NCBI GenBank assembly: GCA_963675515.1
Contig: OY776328.1
Coordinates: 2,340,001 to 2,372,000, forward strand
Direction of reading: 5' to 3'
DNA: 32,000 nucleotides
From: Coprobacillaceae bacterium
GTDB lineage: Bacteria > Bacillota_I > Bacilli_A > Erysipelotrichales > Coprobacillaceae
Position 1 is the stretch's first letter; every line of letters starts with the position of its first letter. Below the pieces are notes generated by a model that was given only the letters and a program-made list of their open reading frames with translations, did no database searches and was not told the DNA's origin. Below are positions 16,065-25,958 of the stretch, in pieces. Made by a program: the position numbers and the translations under genes.

Positions 16065-16826
16065 ATGTTTAAAAAATTGGTTAAAACAGTTTTGGCCGGT
16101 TCATTGGCAGTTGGCTTGGCTGCTTGTGGTTCAAGCACTTCGGATAATGGCGATACTGTCTACAAGATCGGTTGCGATGCTAAGTACGCCCCTTTTTCTA
16201 TGGAAGTCGATGGTGAATATGTGGGTATCGATGTTGAAATTCTTGATGCGGTCGCAGAAGCTGAAGGTTTCGAATACACTTTGACTCCGATGGACTTTTC
16301 AGGTATCATCCCTGGCTTGTCAACCGGACAGCTTGACGGGGCAATCGCCGGGATTTCGGTTACTGAAGAGCGTAAAGAAACCGTTGATTTCTCGGACGGT
16401 TACTATGATTCGGCTCTGGCGCTGGTAGTCAAAAACGACAATAGTGCAATCATGTCACTGGAAGACCTTGAAGGAACTTCTGCTGCGGTTAAAAAAGGAA
16501 CCCGTGGAGCGACATTCGCTGAGGAGTTCGGGGAAACTTATGGATTCTCTATCACTTACTATGATGATTCTCCATCAATGTTCCTGGCGGTGCAAAACGG
16601 AAACAATGACTTCCTGTTGGAAGACTATCCGGTAATCTCTTACCAGATCAATGAAGGTATCCAAACCGGACTGAAAGTCGCTGTTGAAACAGTCGGTGAT
16701 GGCGTGCCATATGCGTTCGCGGTTAAAAAAGGTGAAAACCAAGATCTATTGAATATGTTTAACGACGGGCTGGCAACTATCAAGGAAAACGGCACATACG
16801 ACGAAATTCTTGCCAAATATATTTAA
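16065..16826 (+). CDS. Amino-acid ABC transporter substrate-binding lipoprotein (polar amino acid family)
   Basis: Lipobox LAACGSS, SBP_bac_3-like DFSGIIPGLSTGQLDGAIAGISVTEERKETVDFSDGYY, and AGGAGG SD. Confidence 0.9.
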   Translation: MFKKLVKTVLAGSLAVGLAACGSSTSDNGDTVYKIGCDAKYAPFSMEVDGEYVGIDVEILDAVAEAEGFEYTLTPMDFSGIIPGLSTGQLDGAIAGISVTEERKETVDFSDGYYDSALALVVKNDNSAIMSLEDLEGTSAAVKKGTRGATFAEEFGETYGFSITYYDDSPSMFLAVQNGNNDFLLEDYPVISYQINEGIQTGLKVAVETVGDGVPYAFAVKKGENQDLLNMFNDGLATIKENGTYDEILAKYI

Positions 16827-16835
16827 AGATCGACG

Positions 16836-16867
16836 AACTCACATTGATTTGTGAGTTTTGTTTTTTA
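16836..16867 (+). terminator. Rho-independent terminator after the binding-protein gene
   Basis: AACTCACA-TTGATT-TGTGAGTT followed by TTGTTTTTT. Confidence 0.65.
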
Positions 16868-16892
16868 AGTTTAACTATGGGCTGGCATGTTC

Positions 16893-16921
16893 TTGACTTT
16901 TGCCCATATTCAAGATATTGT
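16893..16921 (+). promoter_or_regulatory. Internal promoter candidate for the permease and ATPase genes
   Basis: TTGACT, a 17-nt spacer, then TATTGT. Confidence 0.5.
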
Positions 16922-16976
16922 GAAAAATAAAGAGGCAGAAACTTGATGCTGTTTTCTTATTTAGGAGGAGTTTTAT

Positions 16977-17642
16977 ATGAGTGAATTCATTTCATTGTTT
17001 GTCAAGTACATGCCCGAACTGTTAAGCGGGCTGGTAATGACCATCTCGATTGCCGTGCTTGCCTTGTTCTTCGGGGTAATCATTGGTATGGTTTTCGGAC
17101 TGATGTCGATTTCGAAAAACAGATTTGTTTCAGGGATTGCCACTTTCTATGTCGGACTGATTCGCGGTATACCGGTATTCGTGCTTGCGATGTACCTGTA
17201 TTTCGGTATTCCCGGACTTCTTGGCATAACCATTCCGGCTTTCAATGCCGCAGTCATCATCCTGGCGATCAACTCGTCGGCATTCCTGTGCGAGATTTTC
17301 AGGGGAGGAATCCAGGCGGTCGACTTCGGTCAGATGGAAGCGGCCCGCTCTTTGGGGATTCCATATCGCCAGACGATGACCCATGTCATCCTGCCTCAGG
17401 CAGTCAAGATCATGGTGCCATCGATCATGAACCAGTTCATTTCAACATTGAAGGATACTTCAATCTTGTCAATCATCACCGTCCGCGAACTGATGATGAA
17501 CTCGCAGATCATCGTAGCCCGCACATTCGAACCGTTCTACATCTACACTTATGCCGTGATTTTCTATCTGATCATGGTTACCGCCTTGACTTTGTTGGCC
17601 CGATTAATTGAAAGGAAAATGAAATATGATAATAGAGGTTAA
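16977..17642 (+). CDS. Amino-acid ABC transporter permease (His/Glu/Gln/Arg/opine family)
   Basis: EAA-type loop [25 protein letters not shown], five hydrophobic segments, and GGAGG SD. Confidence 0.9.
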   Translation: MSEFISLFVKYMPELLSGLVMTISIAVLALFFGVIIGMVFGLMSISKNRFVSGIATFYVGLIRGIPVFVLAMYLYFGIPGLLGITIPAFNAAVIILAINSSAFLCEIFRGGIQAVDFGQMEAARSLGIPYRQTMTHVILPQAVKIMVPSIMNQFISTLKDTSILSIITVRELMMNSQIIVARTFEPFYIYTYAVIFYLIMVTALTLLARLIERKMKYDNRG

Positions 17643-18354
17643 GAATCTTAAAAAAGCATATGGCGACAATGTCGTATTGAAAGACGTTTCCTTCAATGTC
17701 GCCGAAGGTGAAGTTGTCTGCATCATCGGTCCTTCGGGATCGGGAAAATCAACCCTGCTTCGCTGTCTTAACCGGCTTGAAGAAGCCCAGGCCGGAGAGA
17801 TCAACATCTTTGGCGATGACATCTTGAAGACCCGCAACCTTGACAAATTCCGCGAGAAAATCGGGATGGTCTTCCAGCATTTCAACCTTTTCCCCAACTA
17901 CACGGTGCTAGGCAACATGACCCTGGCTCCCCTGCTTACCAAAAAGATGTCAAAAAGCGAAGCGGTCGAAAAGGCGAAAGCCTTGCTTGACAAGGTAGGC
18001 CTGCTCGACAAGTCTAATGCCTACCCTTCAACCCTGTCGGGTGGACAAAAACAGCGGGTTGCCATCGCCCGGGCCTTGGAAATGAACCCTCAGATCATGC
18101 TGTTCGACGAACCTACCAGCGCCCTCGATCCGGAAATGGTCGGTGATGTCCTGGCGGCAATGAAGGAGCTGGCTGACGAAGGAATGACAATGGTCATCGT
18201 GACCCATGAGATGGCTTTCGCCAAGGAAGTGGCCGACCGGGTCATCTTCATGGACGGAGGATACATCGTCGAAGAAGGCGCACCTGAGCAGATTTTCAAC
18301 AGTCCGGAATCGGACCGCTGCAAATTGTTCCTTTCAAGGGTGTTGAACCACTAA
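17626..18354 (+). CDS. Amino-acid ABC transporter ATP-binding protein (GlnQ-like)
   Basis: Walker [10 protein letters not shown], signature LSGGQKQR, and Walker [13 protein letters not shown]. It overlaps the permease gene by 17 nt. Confidence 0.95.
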   Translation: MIIEVKNLKKAYGDNVVLKDVSFNVAEGEVVCIIGPSGSGKSTLLRCLNRLEEAQAGEINIFGDDILKTRNLDKFREKIGMVFQHFNLFPNYTVLGNMTLAPLLTKKMSKSEAVEKAKALLDKVGLLDKSNAYPSTLSGGQKQRVAIARALEMNPQIMLFDEPTSALDPEMVGDVLAAMKELADEGMTMVIVTHEMAFAKEVADRVIFMDGGYIVEEGAPEQIFNSPESDRCKLFLSRVLNH

Positions 18355-18365
18355 TAATCCATTTG

Positions 18366-18397
18366 AAAAGCTACCGGTTTATTCCGGTAGCTTTTTT
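18366..18397. terminator. Bidirectional rho-independent terminator between the convergent ABC ATPase and mscL genes
   Basis: AAAAGCTACCGG-TTTATT-CCGGTAGCTTTTTT. Confidence 0.8.
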
Positions 18398-18400
18398 GCA

Positions 18401-18757
18401 TCATCTTTTTTCTTTTAACAGATCCCTGATTTCTCCCAGAAGTTTTTCCTCGTTGGATACTTTAGGTTCCGGTTTGGGCTGCGGTTTTTTCATCTTGTTG
18501 AGCTGGCGCACAACCAGGAAGATGGAGAATGATATGATCAGGAAGTTGACGATCGCCTGGATGAAATTTCCGATCATGATCGGTCCCAGGGTGATTCCCA
18601 CAAAATTGGGTTCCCCGAAGATCGCCGCGAATGTCGGCATGATGATGTCATCGACCAGCGACTTGACAATTGCTGAAAACGCGCCTCCGACAATGACCGC
18701 AACCGCCAGATCGATCACATTGCCTTTGATGGCGAAATCCTTGAATTCCTTAAACAT
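18401..18757 (-). CDS. mscL: Large-conductance mechanosensitive channel
   Basis: MFKEFKDFAIKGNVIDLAVAVIVGGAFSAIVKSLVDDIIMP. GGAGGG lies 7 nt upstream of the ATG at 18757. Confidence 0.92.
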   Translation of the reverse strand: MFKEFKDFAIKGNVIDLAVAVIVGGAFSAIVKSLVDDIIMPTFAAIFGEPNFVGITLGPIMIGNFIQAIVNFLIISFSIFLVVRQLNKMKKPQPKPEPKVSNEEKLLGEIRDLLKEKR

Positions 18758-18774
18758 TTTAATACCCTCCTTTT

Positions 18775-19293
18775 TCATAATCGGTTGTAACTCACTGCAG
18801 TTCTTAGATACTTGTCCTTGGCTTTGAGCGTTCTCGATGGATAACCGATCGGGATCAGGCTCAAAGGGATGAGGTTGTCAGGCAGATTCAGGATCTTCTT
18901 GACCGCCACGACCCGTTCCTGTTCGGGATAAACCGCCGTCCATACCGCACCAAGTCCCAAGGCATGGGCGCAAAGCAGGATGTTTTGTGATGCCGCCGAA
19001 GTGTCATTGATCCAGTAAAGGTCGTCTTCACCTTTGAGAAATCTGTCCTTGTCACCGCAGACGAGTATGGCTACCGGGGCTTGGGTGACCATCTGGCAAT
19101 ATGGCAGCCCTTGAGCCAGTTCCATCTTCAGATCAGCCTGGTCCACAACGACAAAATGCCATGGTTGCCGGTTCACCGCACTTGGGGCCGCAAACGCCCC
19201 CTTGAGAATCATTTCCAGTTTTTCTTGTTCCACCGCCTGGTCATTGAATTCCCGGACGCTGGTTCTTGTCAGTATGTTTTCTATAGCTTCCAT
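18775..19293 (-). CDS. Nitroreductase-family protein
   Basis: RTSVREFNDQAVEQEKLEMILKGAFAAPSAVNRQPWHFVVV...LGLGAVW. GGAGG SD lies upstream of the Met at 19293. The stop is 17 nt from the mscL start. Confidence 0.85.
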   Translation of the reverse strand: MEAIENILTRTSVREFNDQAVEQEKLEMILKGAFAAPSAVNRQPWHFVVVDQADLKMELAQGLPYCQMVTQAPVAILVCGDKDRFLKGEDDLYWINDTSAASQNILLCAHALGLGAVWTAVYPEQERVVAVKKILNLPDNLIPLSLIPIGYPSRTLKAKDKYLRTAVSYNRL

Positions 19294-19353
19294 AATGCCT
19301 CCTATACATTGATTATATAACCGAAGCATTTAAACGTCAAACAAATACAATTG

Positions 19354-19378
19354 TGAAAAAAAAGTCCCGAAGGACTTT
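19354..19378 (-). terminator. Rho-independent terminator after hcp
   Basis: Minus strand AAAGTCC-TTCG-GGACTTTTTTTT, directly after the TAG stop. Confidence 0.7.
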
Positions 19379-21001
19379 CTATGCGTTCATGAATGTTTCG
19401 ATGTCTTTTTCCACTGAGTCGATTGGAGTGATGCCGAAGTTTTCGACCAGCACTTTGGCGACATTTGGTGAAAGGAATGCCGGCAGGGTCGGTCCAAGAT
19501 GGATATCCTTGACTCCTAGATACAGCAGCGCCAACAAGACGATAACGGCCTTTTGTTCATACCAGGCGATATTGTAGGCGATCGGCAGGTCGTTCACCGA
19601 ATCCAGTCCGAAGATTTCCTGAAGCTTCAAGGCGATCACTACAAGTGAGTATGAGTCATTGCACTGACCCGCATCAAGAACCCGTGGGATTCCGCCGATA
19701 TCGCCAAGTCCCAGCTTGTTGTAGCGGTATTTTGCGCACCCTGCAGTCAGGATTACCGTGTCTTCAGGCAAAGCCTGAGCAAACTCAGTGTAATATTCCC
19801 GGATGTTCATGCGGCCGTCGCAGCCTGCCATAACGAAGAACTTCTTGATTGCTCCCGATTTAACCGCATCGACAACCTTGTCCGCCAGAGCGAACACCTG
19901 GTCATGGGCGAAACCACCGACGATAGTTCCCGTTTCAATCTCAGTTGGAGCAGGAAGTTTTTTGGCATGTTCGATAATTTTGGAAAAGTCCTTCTTGCCG
20001 TTTTCATCAGCCACGATATGGTCGCATCCAGGATATCCCGAAGCTCCGGTCGTATAGATGCGTTGGCGGATTTCATCGCTTTTTGGTGGCACGATGCAGT
20101 TAGTCGTGAACAGGATCGGACCGTTGAAAGTTGCGAAATCCTTTGTCTGTTGCCACCATGAACCACCGTAGTTTCCCGCGAAATTGTCATATTTCTTGAA
20201 GGCCGGGTAATAGTGACCAGGCAGCATTTCACCATGGGTATAGACATCAACTCCGGTACCTTGAGTCTGGGCCAGCAGCTGTTCTAGATCAACCAGGTCA
20301 TGGCCGGAAATCAGGATTGCCGGGTTGTTGCGCACCCCGATATTAACTTCGGTAATTTCCGGGCTTCCGTATTTAGACGTGTTCGCATCATCAAGCAAAG
20401 CCATTGCCTTGACCCCGAATTCACCGGTTTTCAAAGTCAAACCGACCAGATCGTCAACCGATTTGGTGTCATCAAGAGTCGCCGCCAGGCCCTCATAGAT
20501 GAACTGGTAGATGGCATAATCGATCTTACCGATGTTCAATGCATGATGGACGTAAGCGGCCATCCCCTTCAATCCGTAGATAATCATCTCGCGCAGCGAT
20601 CGGATATCCTCATTTTCGCAGGCAAGGACACCCTGTTGCTTCCCTTTGGCAACCATATCTTCAATGCTCGCCACTTCGAATTCGGTGGCATCGATTGGCT
20701 GGTAATCACCTCTGGTCTTGAGCTCGTCGCGGACTGCGATCAGCTTGTTTACATGAGCCACGATGGCCTCTTCATCGAAGTTGGCATTGGTGATTGTCAT
20801 GAACAATGCATCCTGGACAGCGATATTGATTTCGTCAATGTCCTTGGCATCGATATCCAGCTGTTCAACCAGATACGAAATTCCCTTGGTGAGATACACC
20901 AGTAAATCTTGCAAATCAGCTACTACTTCATTTTTCCCACAAACCCCGACAACGGTACATCCGATGCCTTTGGCGGTTTCCTGGCATTGAAAACAGAACA
21001 T
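19379..21001 (-). CDS. hcp: Hybrid cluster protein / hydroxylamine reductase
   Basis: N-terminal [23 protein letters not shown] cysteine motif, a length of 540 aa, and AAGGAGG SD. Confidence 0.95.
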   Translation of the reverse strand: MFCFQCQETAKGIGCTVVGVCGKNEVVADLQDLLVYLTKGISYLVEQLDIDAKDIDEINIAVQDALFMTITNANFDEEAIVAHVNKLIAVRDELKTRGDYQPIDATEFEVASIEDMVAKGKQQGVLACENEDIRSLREMIIYGLKGMAAYVHHALNIGKIDYAIYQFIYEGLAATLDDTKSVDDLVGLTLKTGEFGVKAMALLDDANTSKYGSPEITEVNIGVRNNPAILISGHDLVDLEQLLAQTQGTGVDVYTHGEMLPGHYYPAFKKYDNFAGNYGGSWWQQTKDFATFNGPILFTTNCIVPPKSDEIRQRIYTTGASGYPGCDHIVADENGKKDFSKIIEHAKKLPAPTEIETGTIVGGFAHDQVFALADKVVDAVKSGAIKKFFVMAGCDGRMNIREYYTEFAQALPEDTVILTAGCAKYRYNKLGLGDIGGIPRVLDAGQCNDSYSLVVIALKLQEIFGLDSVNDLPIAYNIAWYEQKAVIVLLALLYLGVKDIHLGPTLPAFLSPNVAKVLVENFGITPIDSVEKDIETFMNA

Positions 21002-21115
21002 ATTACTTCCTCCTTGTTTTGGCTATTATCGACAACACTCCTGGGCGTCATCATCTTGATTGCGGAAATGTTGCTTTTCTCTTGTATTTCCACCATCATG
21101 ATATTATAATAAATG

Positions 21116-21139
21116 CAACAAGTATGTTGTATTTACAAC
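21116..21139. promoter_or_regulatory. Two overlapping palindromes in the hcp / Crp-Fnr divergent region (candidate HcpR-type operator)
   Basis: CAACA-AGTA-TGTTG (21116-21129) and GTTGTA-TT-TACAAC (21126-21139). They lie upstream of a minus-strand TATAAT (21103-21108) and directly 5' of the regulator's SD. Confidence 0.4.
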
Positions 21140-21152
21140 GAAAGGAGGATTT

Positions 21153-21809
21153 ATGGAAGATTATTTGAAAATAATGAGCCAGGTGTCATTGTTCCAGGAC
21201 TTTTCAATCAATGAGCTTTCCGGCCTGCTTGGATGCCTTCAGGTAGTGATAAAGGAATATAAAAAAGGCGATGTTATCTTCCGCCAGGGTGATGTCATCA
21301 ATGTTCTAGGCATCGTCATCTCGGGCGGGATCAACCTGCAAAAGTGCGACTATTATGGCAACAATGTCATCCTGGCAACCCTTAGCGCCAAAGATATTTT
21401 TGGGGAAAGTTATGCCGGCAGCCAGATGCCGATCCCGATCGAGGTTGTCGCCAATTCCAACAGCCAGGTTGCCTTCGTCGATTACGACAAGGTCATCCAT
21501 CCCTGTTCGAAAATGTGCTATAACCACAATATGATAGTGACAAGGATGATCAAGCTTTTGGCCACTAAGAACATCCTCCTTACCGCCAAGATCGACATCT
21601 TGTCAAAAAGGACAACCAAGGACAAGATTCTCGACTACCTGACCAACGAATCGCTCCGTAACAATTCCAATGAGTTTACCATCCCGTTCAACCGTCAGGC
21701 CATGGCCGACTACCTGGTTGTCGACCGTTCCGCTTTGAGCGCGGAGCTCTCAAAGCTAAAACTTGCAGGCATCATCGACTATGACCGGAACTTCTTCAAG
21801 ATCCTTTAA
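21153..21809 (+). CDS. Crp/Fnr-family transcriptional regulator (HcpR-like by context)
   Basis: cNMP-binding-like N-domain (LFQDFSINELSGLL...GDVIFRQGD) and C-terminal HTH RQAMADYLVVDRSALSAELSKLKLAGII. It is divergent from hcp. Confidence 0.88.
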   Translation: MEDYLKIMSQVSLFQDFSINELSGLLGCLQVVIKEYKKGDVIFRQGDVINVLGIVISGGINLQKCDYYGNNVILATLSAKDIFGESYAGSQMPIPIEVVANSNSQVAFVDYDKVIHPCSKMCYNHNMIVTRMIKLLATKNILLTAKIDILSKRTTKDKILDYLTNESLRNNSNEFTIPFNRQAMADYLVVDRSALSAELSKLKLAGIIDYDRNFFKIL

Positions 21810-21994
21810 CCGATGATTTGAAACGCTTTCGATAATTGTACTTTACTGAACACCCGTTTTTATTCATCTCTATGCCAGATATCGCCACAATCAAGGGCGA
21901 ACCCTCGATTTGTACTGGTTAAAAATATCATATTTGTCTATTTCTTTAACGACAAAAACGGCTATAATTATCCTCAACTACAGGAGGGGCAGTT

Positions 21995-22552
21995 ATGAAT
22001 TCAAACAGAACCAGAATTATTGCATTGAACGGATTGTTTATTTCCTTATGCTATATCGGCACGATGTTCAACATCACATTTAATTTCGGGGGCGCTAAGA
22101 CGATGATTCACTTCGGCAACGTCTTCTGCCTGCTTGGCGCGTTGATGCTTGGGGGAGTAAACGGAGGAATCGCCGCATCGGTCGGGATGGGCTTGTTCGA
22201 CTTGACCAACGGATGGGTGCCGTACGCCTTGTCTACCGTAATATTGAAATTCCTGATCGCATTTATTGCCGGGACAACTTTTACGAAATTGAAAATAGCC
22301 AGTGACAAGGTAAGGGTTGTCATTTCATGTGCTTTGGGAATGATGTTCAACTTTGTCTTTTCACCGATTGCTTCATTCTTGACAAGTGTTTTCATCCTGA
22401 ACATTCCCAGAGAGTCGGCTACGATTTTTGCGGGTTATTCTTCAATCGCAGTTGTCATCAACGCGGTTATGGCGACCATAATCGCTTCGACCTTGTATTT
22501 CTTTTTGACTCCGGCTTTGAAAAGCGTGAATTTTAATATCCAGCGCAACTAA
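21995..22552 (+). CDS. Small polytopic membrane protein, ECF-transporter S-component-like (substrate unknown)
   Basis: 185 aa with about 5-6 TM segments. The motif GALMLGGVNGGIAASVGMGLFDL is typical of S-components. GGAGGGG SD is present, and no adjacent ecfAAT genes are seen. Confidence 0.55.
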   Translation: MNSNRTRIIALNGLFISLCYIGTMFNITFNFGGAKTMIHFGNVFCLLGALMLGGVNGGIAASVGMGLFDLTNGWVPYALSTVILKFLIAFIAGTTFTKLKIASDKVRVVISCALGMMFNFVFSPIASFLTSVFILNIPRESATIFAGYSSIAVVINAVMATIIASTLYFFLTPALKSVNFNIQRN

Positions 22553-22578
22553 AAAATGACCTTAGCGGTCATTTTTTT
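22551..22578. terminator. Bidirectional terminator overlapping the dxr 3' end
   Basis: AAAAAATGACC-TTAGC-GGTCATTTTTTT. Confidence 0.65.
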
Positions 22579-23716
22579 CTCTGATCATCTTTTCCACGAA
22601 TTCCCGGGCCCAGCGGTCAGCTTCCATAAGCTGCTCGAGGCTCGGTTTTTCTACATGCTTGGCGTTTTCGACAGCCCCAAAAACCAGCTCTTCGATTTCC
22701 AGGAAGGAAACACGGCCATCCTGGAAAGCCTGATTGGCATGTTCATTGGCTGCGTTCATGACAGCCGGGAGGTTTCCGCCTTTCTTGCCGGTGTCGAATG
22801 CCAGCTTCAACAAAGGGAAGCGTTCGAAGTCGATCGGCTCGAAAGTAAGGTTAATAGCCTTAGTGAAATCCAACGGTTCGCTATCCATAAGCTCAACCCT
22901 ATGGGGATAGTGCATCGCATACTGGATCGGGATGCGCATATCGGCATTGCCAAGCTGGGCCATGATCGAATGGTCGACGTATTCCACCATCGAATGGACA
23001 ATTGATTGCTTGTGCAAGACAACCTCGATGTCTTCATAATCCACATCAAAAAGCCAGTGGGCTTCGATCACCTCAAGACCCTTGTTCATCATCGTCGCCG
23101 AATCGATTGTTATCTTGGCTCCCATCGCCCAGTTGGGATGCTTCAGGGTTTGCTCAAGTGTGACATCTTTCAATTGTTCCCGAGTCTTGTCCCTGAAAGA
23201 GCCGCCCGAGGCCGTTATAAGCAGGCGGCGGACTGTTTTTGGGTCGTTGCCCCGAAGCGCCTGGAATATTGCCGAGTGTTCCGAGTCGATCGGGAAAAGC
23301 TCGACTCCATGGGCATGCTTGGCGCCGTTGATGAATTCTCCAGCCACGACGAGGGTCTCCTTGTTTGCCAGGGCCACGTCATGCTTGGTTTCAATCGCCT
23401 CCAAGGTCGGTTTAAGTCCGACAAAGCCCACCAAGGCATTTACAAGCAGGTCATATTCTTTGTTCCGTGCCAGTTCCATCAATCCCTCTTCACCGCTCAA
23501 AAACACGATATCCGGGTATTTGAGCTCGAGTTGTTCATGGCGGTTGGTCGTGCATACATACTTCACCTTGACTTTTGCGAGGATGTCCTCCAGTACTTCG
23601 ATGTTCTTTCCGGCCGACAATCCCGTCAATTCAAAAAGTTCCGGATGATTGACGATGACATCGATTGTCTGGGTCCCAATCGACCCGGTCGCCCCTAAAA
23701 GCATGATTTTTTTCAT
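22562..23716 (-). CDS. dxr: 1-deoxy-D-xylulose-5-phosphate reductoisomerase
   Basis: MKKIMLLGATGSIGTQTIDVI...LANKETLV...DSEHSAIFQ...NKGLEVIEAHWLF. Confidence 0.95.
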   Translation of the reverse strand: MKKIMLLGATGSIGTQTIDVIVNHPELFELTGLSAGKNIEVLEDILAKVKVKYVCTTNRHEQLELKYPDIVFLSGEEGLMELARNKEYDLLVNALVGFVGLKPTLEAIETKHDVALANKETLVVAGEFINGAKHAHGVELFPIDSEHSAIFQALRGNDPKTVRRLLITASGGSFRDKTREQLKDVTLEQTLKHPNWAMGAKITIDSATMMNKGLEVIEAHWLFDVDYEDIEVVLHKQSIVHSMVEYVDHSIMAQLGNADMRIPIQYAMHYPHRVELMDSEPLDFTKAINLTFEPIDFERFPLLKLAFDTGKKGGNLPAVMNAANEHANQAFQDGRVSFLEIEELVFGAVENAKHVEKPSLEQLMEADRWAREFVEKMIREKNDR

Positions 23717-23811
23717 CAGTTATCTCCTTAATAATCAGTCATATTCGAAATATTGGTCTTTGTATTCATTTTTATTGTGTAATTGATCGACTTCCGCAAA
23801 TCTCCCCCGCA

Positions 23812-24705
23812 CTAACCGAGCACCTTGACTTCCATCACCAGATCCACATCATTGTCTTTCTTGATGCGGTTTTGGATCAGGTCGATAAGCTCAAGATAGT
23901 TGGTTGCTGTGGCGTTGTCGACATTGACAATGAAACCGGCGTGCTTGGTGGAAACCATCGCTCCGCCAATCCGGTGGCCTTGAAGATTGGCATCCTGGAT
24001 CAGCTTTCCGGTGAAATGGCCTTCGGGCCTTTTGAATACCGATCCACATGAAGGGTACTCCAACGGCTGGCGCGATCTGCGAAGGTACATCAGCTGTTCC
24101 ATCCGCTCCCTGATGAGATGGGAGCTGCCCGCCTTCAATTTCAGCGAACACTCGATGATGATATCCCCGCCGGATTGGAAGCGGCTGGTGCGATAGGAAA
24201 AATCGCATTCGCTGTTTTGGTACTTCTTTATTTGTCCTTTGGCTGTGATGACAGTCACCGATTCGATGACGTCCTTGAGCTCCCCGCCATAGGCTCCCGC
24301 ATTCATATAAGCCCCGCCACCAAGCGATCCGGGAATCCCGCTGGCGAACTCCAGTCCGGTCAGGCTGGAGTGATAGGCATATTCGCACACCTTTTTCAAG
24401 GAAGCCCCCGCCTGGGCGGTGATGGTTGTGTCCACAAGCTCATACTTGTTGAGGTGGTTGGTGAAAATCACGAACCCGGCCAGTCCGCTGTCCTTGATAA
24501 TCACATTGCTGGCGCGCCCAAGTACCGTCCAGGCGATATCGTTCGTGGAAGCAAAAGAAACAATATGCTCCAGTTGTTCAAGGGTTTCGGGGAAAAAAAC
24601 GACTTCGCCCCGGCCACCGGTAAGTGTATAGGTATATTTATTCAGGGATTCGTTGAAAAGTATTTGGCAATCCTGAAATTCTTTGATCAGTTCATCTTTG
24701 TTCAT
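23812..24705 (-). CDS. murB: UDP-N-acetylenolpyruvoylglucosamine reductase
   Basis: LGRASNVIIKDSGLAGFVI, GIPGSLGGGAYMNAGAYGGE, FSYRTSRFQ and PSCGSVFKRPEGHFTGKLI. Confidence 0.93.
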   Translation of the reverse strand: MNKDELIKEFQDCQILFNESLNKYTYTLTGGRGEVVFFPETLEQLEHIVSFASTNDIAWTVLGRASNVIIKDSGLAGFVIFTNHLNKYELVDTTITAQAGASLKKVCEYAYHSSLTGLEFASGIPGSLGGGAYMNAGAYGGELKDVIESVTVITAKGQIKKYQNSECDFSYRTSRFQSGGDIIIECSLKLKAGSSHLIRERMEQLMYLRRSRQPLEYPSCGSVFKRPEGHFTGKLIQDANLQGHRIGGAMVSTKHAGFIVNVDNATATNYLELIDLIQNRIKKDNDVDLVMEVKVLG

Positions 24706-24785
24706 TATTAAAAACCTCTTTTGATATTTGTTGCATATTACATTGTACTCCTATCAAACCAAAAATTCCATCTATTTGTTTCAAA

Positions 24786-24809
24786 TGAAAAAAGTGGCAG
24801 ATGCCACTT
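24786..24809 (-). terminator. Rho-independent terminator after the acidic-protein gene
   Basis: Minus strand GAAGTGGCA-TC-TGCCACTTTTTTC, directly after the TAG. Confidence 0.7.
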
Positions 24810-25958
24810 CTACAGTTTGTATCTAAGACGCATCTGGTCGATCAGTTCGTCGGTGTTGACATTGCCACAATAATCGCGATAAAGGTCGATGTATGATCCC
24901 GCGAAACACTCACCCTGTTCGCATTCCAGTTCGATGGCCCGCTCCAGGATTTCAACAATCTGGGGCAGCCGTTCGGGATCGATATTATGGATGTAATGGA
25001 CGATTTTCAAAGGGTCCTCCATCAGGTAATCGATCAAGGCGTCATCATCCTGGATCGATTCGACAAAGTAAAGATATTTTGCCATCAGCTCTTCATCCTT
25101 GAAGCGCTCCTCGTCGAGAAAGGCGCTTTTGATCTGACTGTTGATTTCCATCTCGTCATCAAAAAGCTGGTTCATTTTCTCATAATATTCGACATGACCA
25201 AGTATGAAAAGGCGTGCTCCGACTTCCAGGGCGTCAAGGACCCGGTCCTCGATTTCGAACAGTTCGAACTGGACCTTGAGCAGTTGGGCGATTTCCTCTT
25301 TTACAAAGCGGTCGTCCTCGAGGTACTTGTCGATGCAGATGATGGCGTCATCGTATTTCTTCGCGGCCATCTTGCCGGCGCAATATGACATGATCTGGTG
25401 GATTGTCAAAAAGCCCTCGTCGATTTCCAGATGCAGCTCAACCTTGTCCTCCTTGATCGCATTCATGCAATAGGCGATTGTTGCCACAACCCGCTCGTTG
25501 TAATCATTGCCGTCGCCACCCATCTTTTCCAGGTGGTCGTTGAAAATCTCCATTATTTCCTGGTCGAAGTCGAACTCCAGCACGCTTTCAAGACAGGCGG
25601 AGATGTACTCGTCATATTTTATGAACAGTTCCAGCTTGGTGGCTTTGATGATATTTCGATAAATGCTCATCCTGGTGGATTTTAAAGATGAAAGTGTGTC
25701 CTCGACCACGTCAGCGAGATTTTCAAGGACGCTTAGTCCTTCGAGATACAACGGCTCGAAAAGGTCATTGTCGCTGTCATAAATTTCCAGATACTTGTAT
25801 GCCGCCAACAAAAGCAGCTCTGAATACCGGATCTTGTCATCCTCATTATCTTCTAAAAACATGTTAATCGAATGGGTCAAAAAGTAAAAGTCGAACTCCT
25901 GATTATTGTCGTTCATCGATTCGAGTATTTCACTAAACCTCTGGTCAACCTCGTTCAT
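24810..25958 (-). CDS. Hypothetical, strongly acidic, predicted all-helical protein (382 aa)
   Basis: AAGGAG lies 6 nt upstream of the ATG at 25958. The gene has its own promoter region and terminator. D/E-rich runs include EDNEDD, DSDNDLFE, DDEMEIN and QDDDALIDYLMED. I recognise no family. Confidence 0.7.
   Translation of the reverse strand: MNEVDQRFSEILESMNDNNQEFDFYFLTHSINMFLEDNEDDKIRYSELLLLAAYKYLEIYDSDNDLFEPLYLEGLSVLENLADVVEDTLSSLKSTRMSIYRNIIKATKLELFIKYDEYISACLESVLEFDFDQEIMEIFNDHLEKMGGDGNDYNERVVATIAYCMNAIKEDKVELHLEIDEGFLTIHQIMSYCAGKMAAKKYDDAIICIDKYLEDDRFVKEEIAQLLKVQFELFEIEDRVLDALEVGARLFILGHVEYYEKMNQLFDDEMEINSQIKSAFLDEERFKDEELMAKYLYFVESIQDDDALIDYLMEDPLKIVHYIHNIDPERLPQIVEILERAIELECEQGECFAGSYIDLYRDYCGNVNTDELIDQMRLRYKL

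Noticed and set aside
18363-18827. 154-aa plus-strand ORF opposite mscL
   Set aside because: It is antisense to a clear mscL gene and begins inside the bidirectional terminator.
19645-20990. Plus- and minus-strand alternative-frame ORFs within hcp (up to 201 aa)
   Set aside because: They are shadow or alternative-frame ORFs of the hcp coding region and have no independent signals.
21810-21994. Riboswitch upstream of the ECF S-component gene
   Set aside because: I recognised no TPP, FMN, preQ1 or THF signature, and the best promoter leaves too short a leader. A covariance-model scan is needed to be sure.
22556-24711. Plus-strand ORFs of 149-230 aa opposite dxr and murB
   Set aside because: They are antisense shadows of two unambiguous housekeeping genes. 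They lack SDs and family features.
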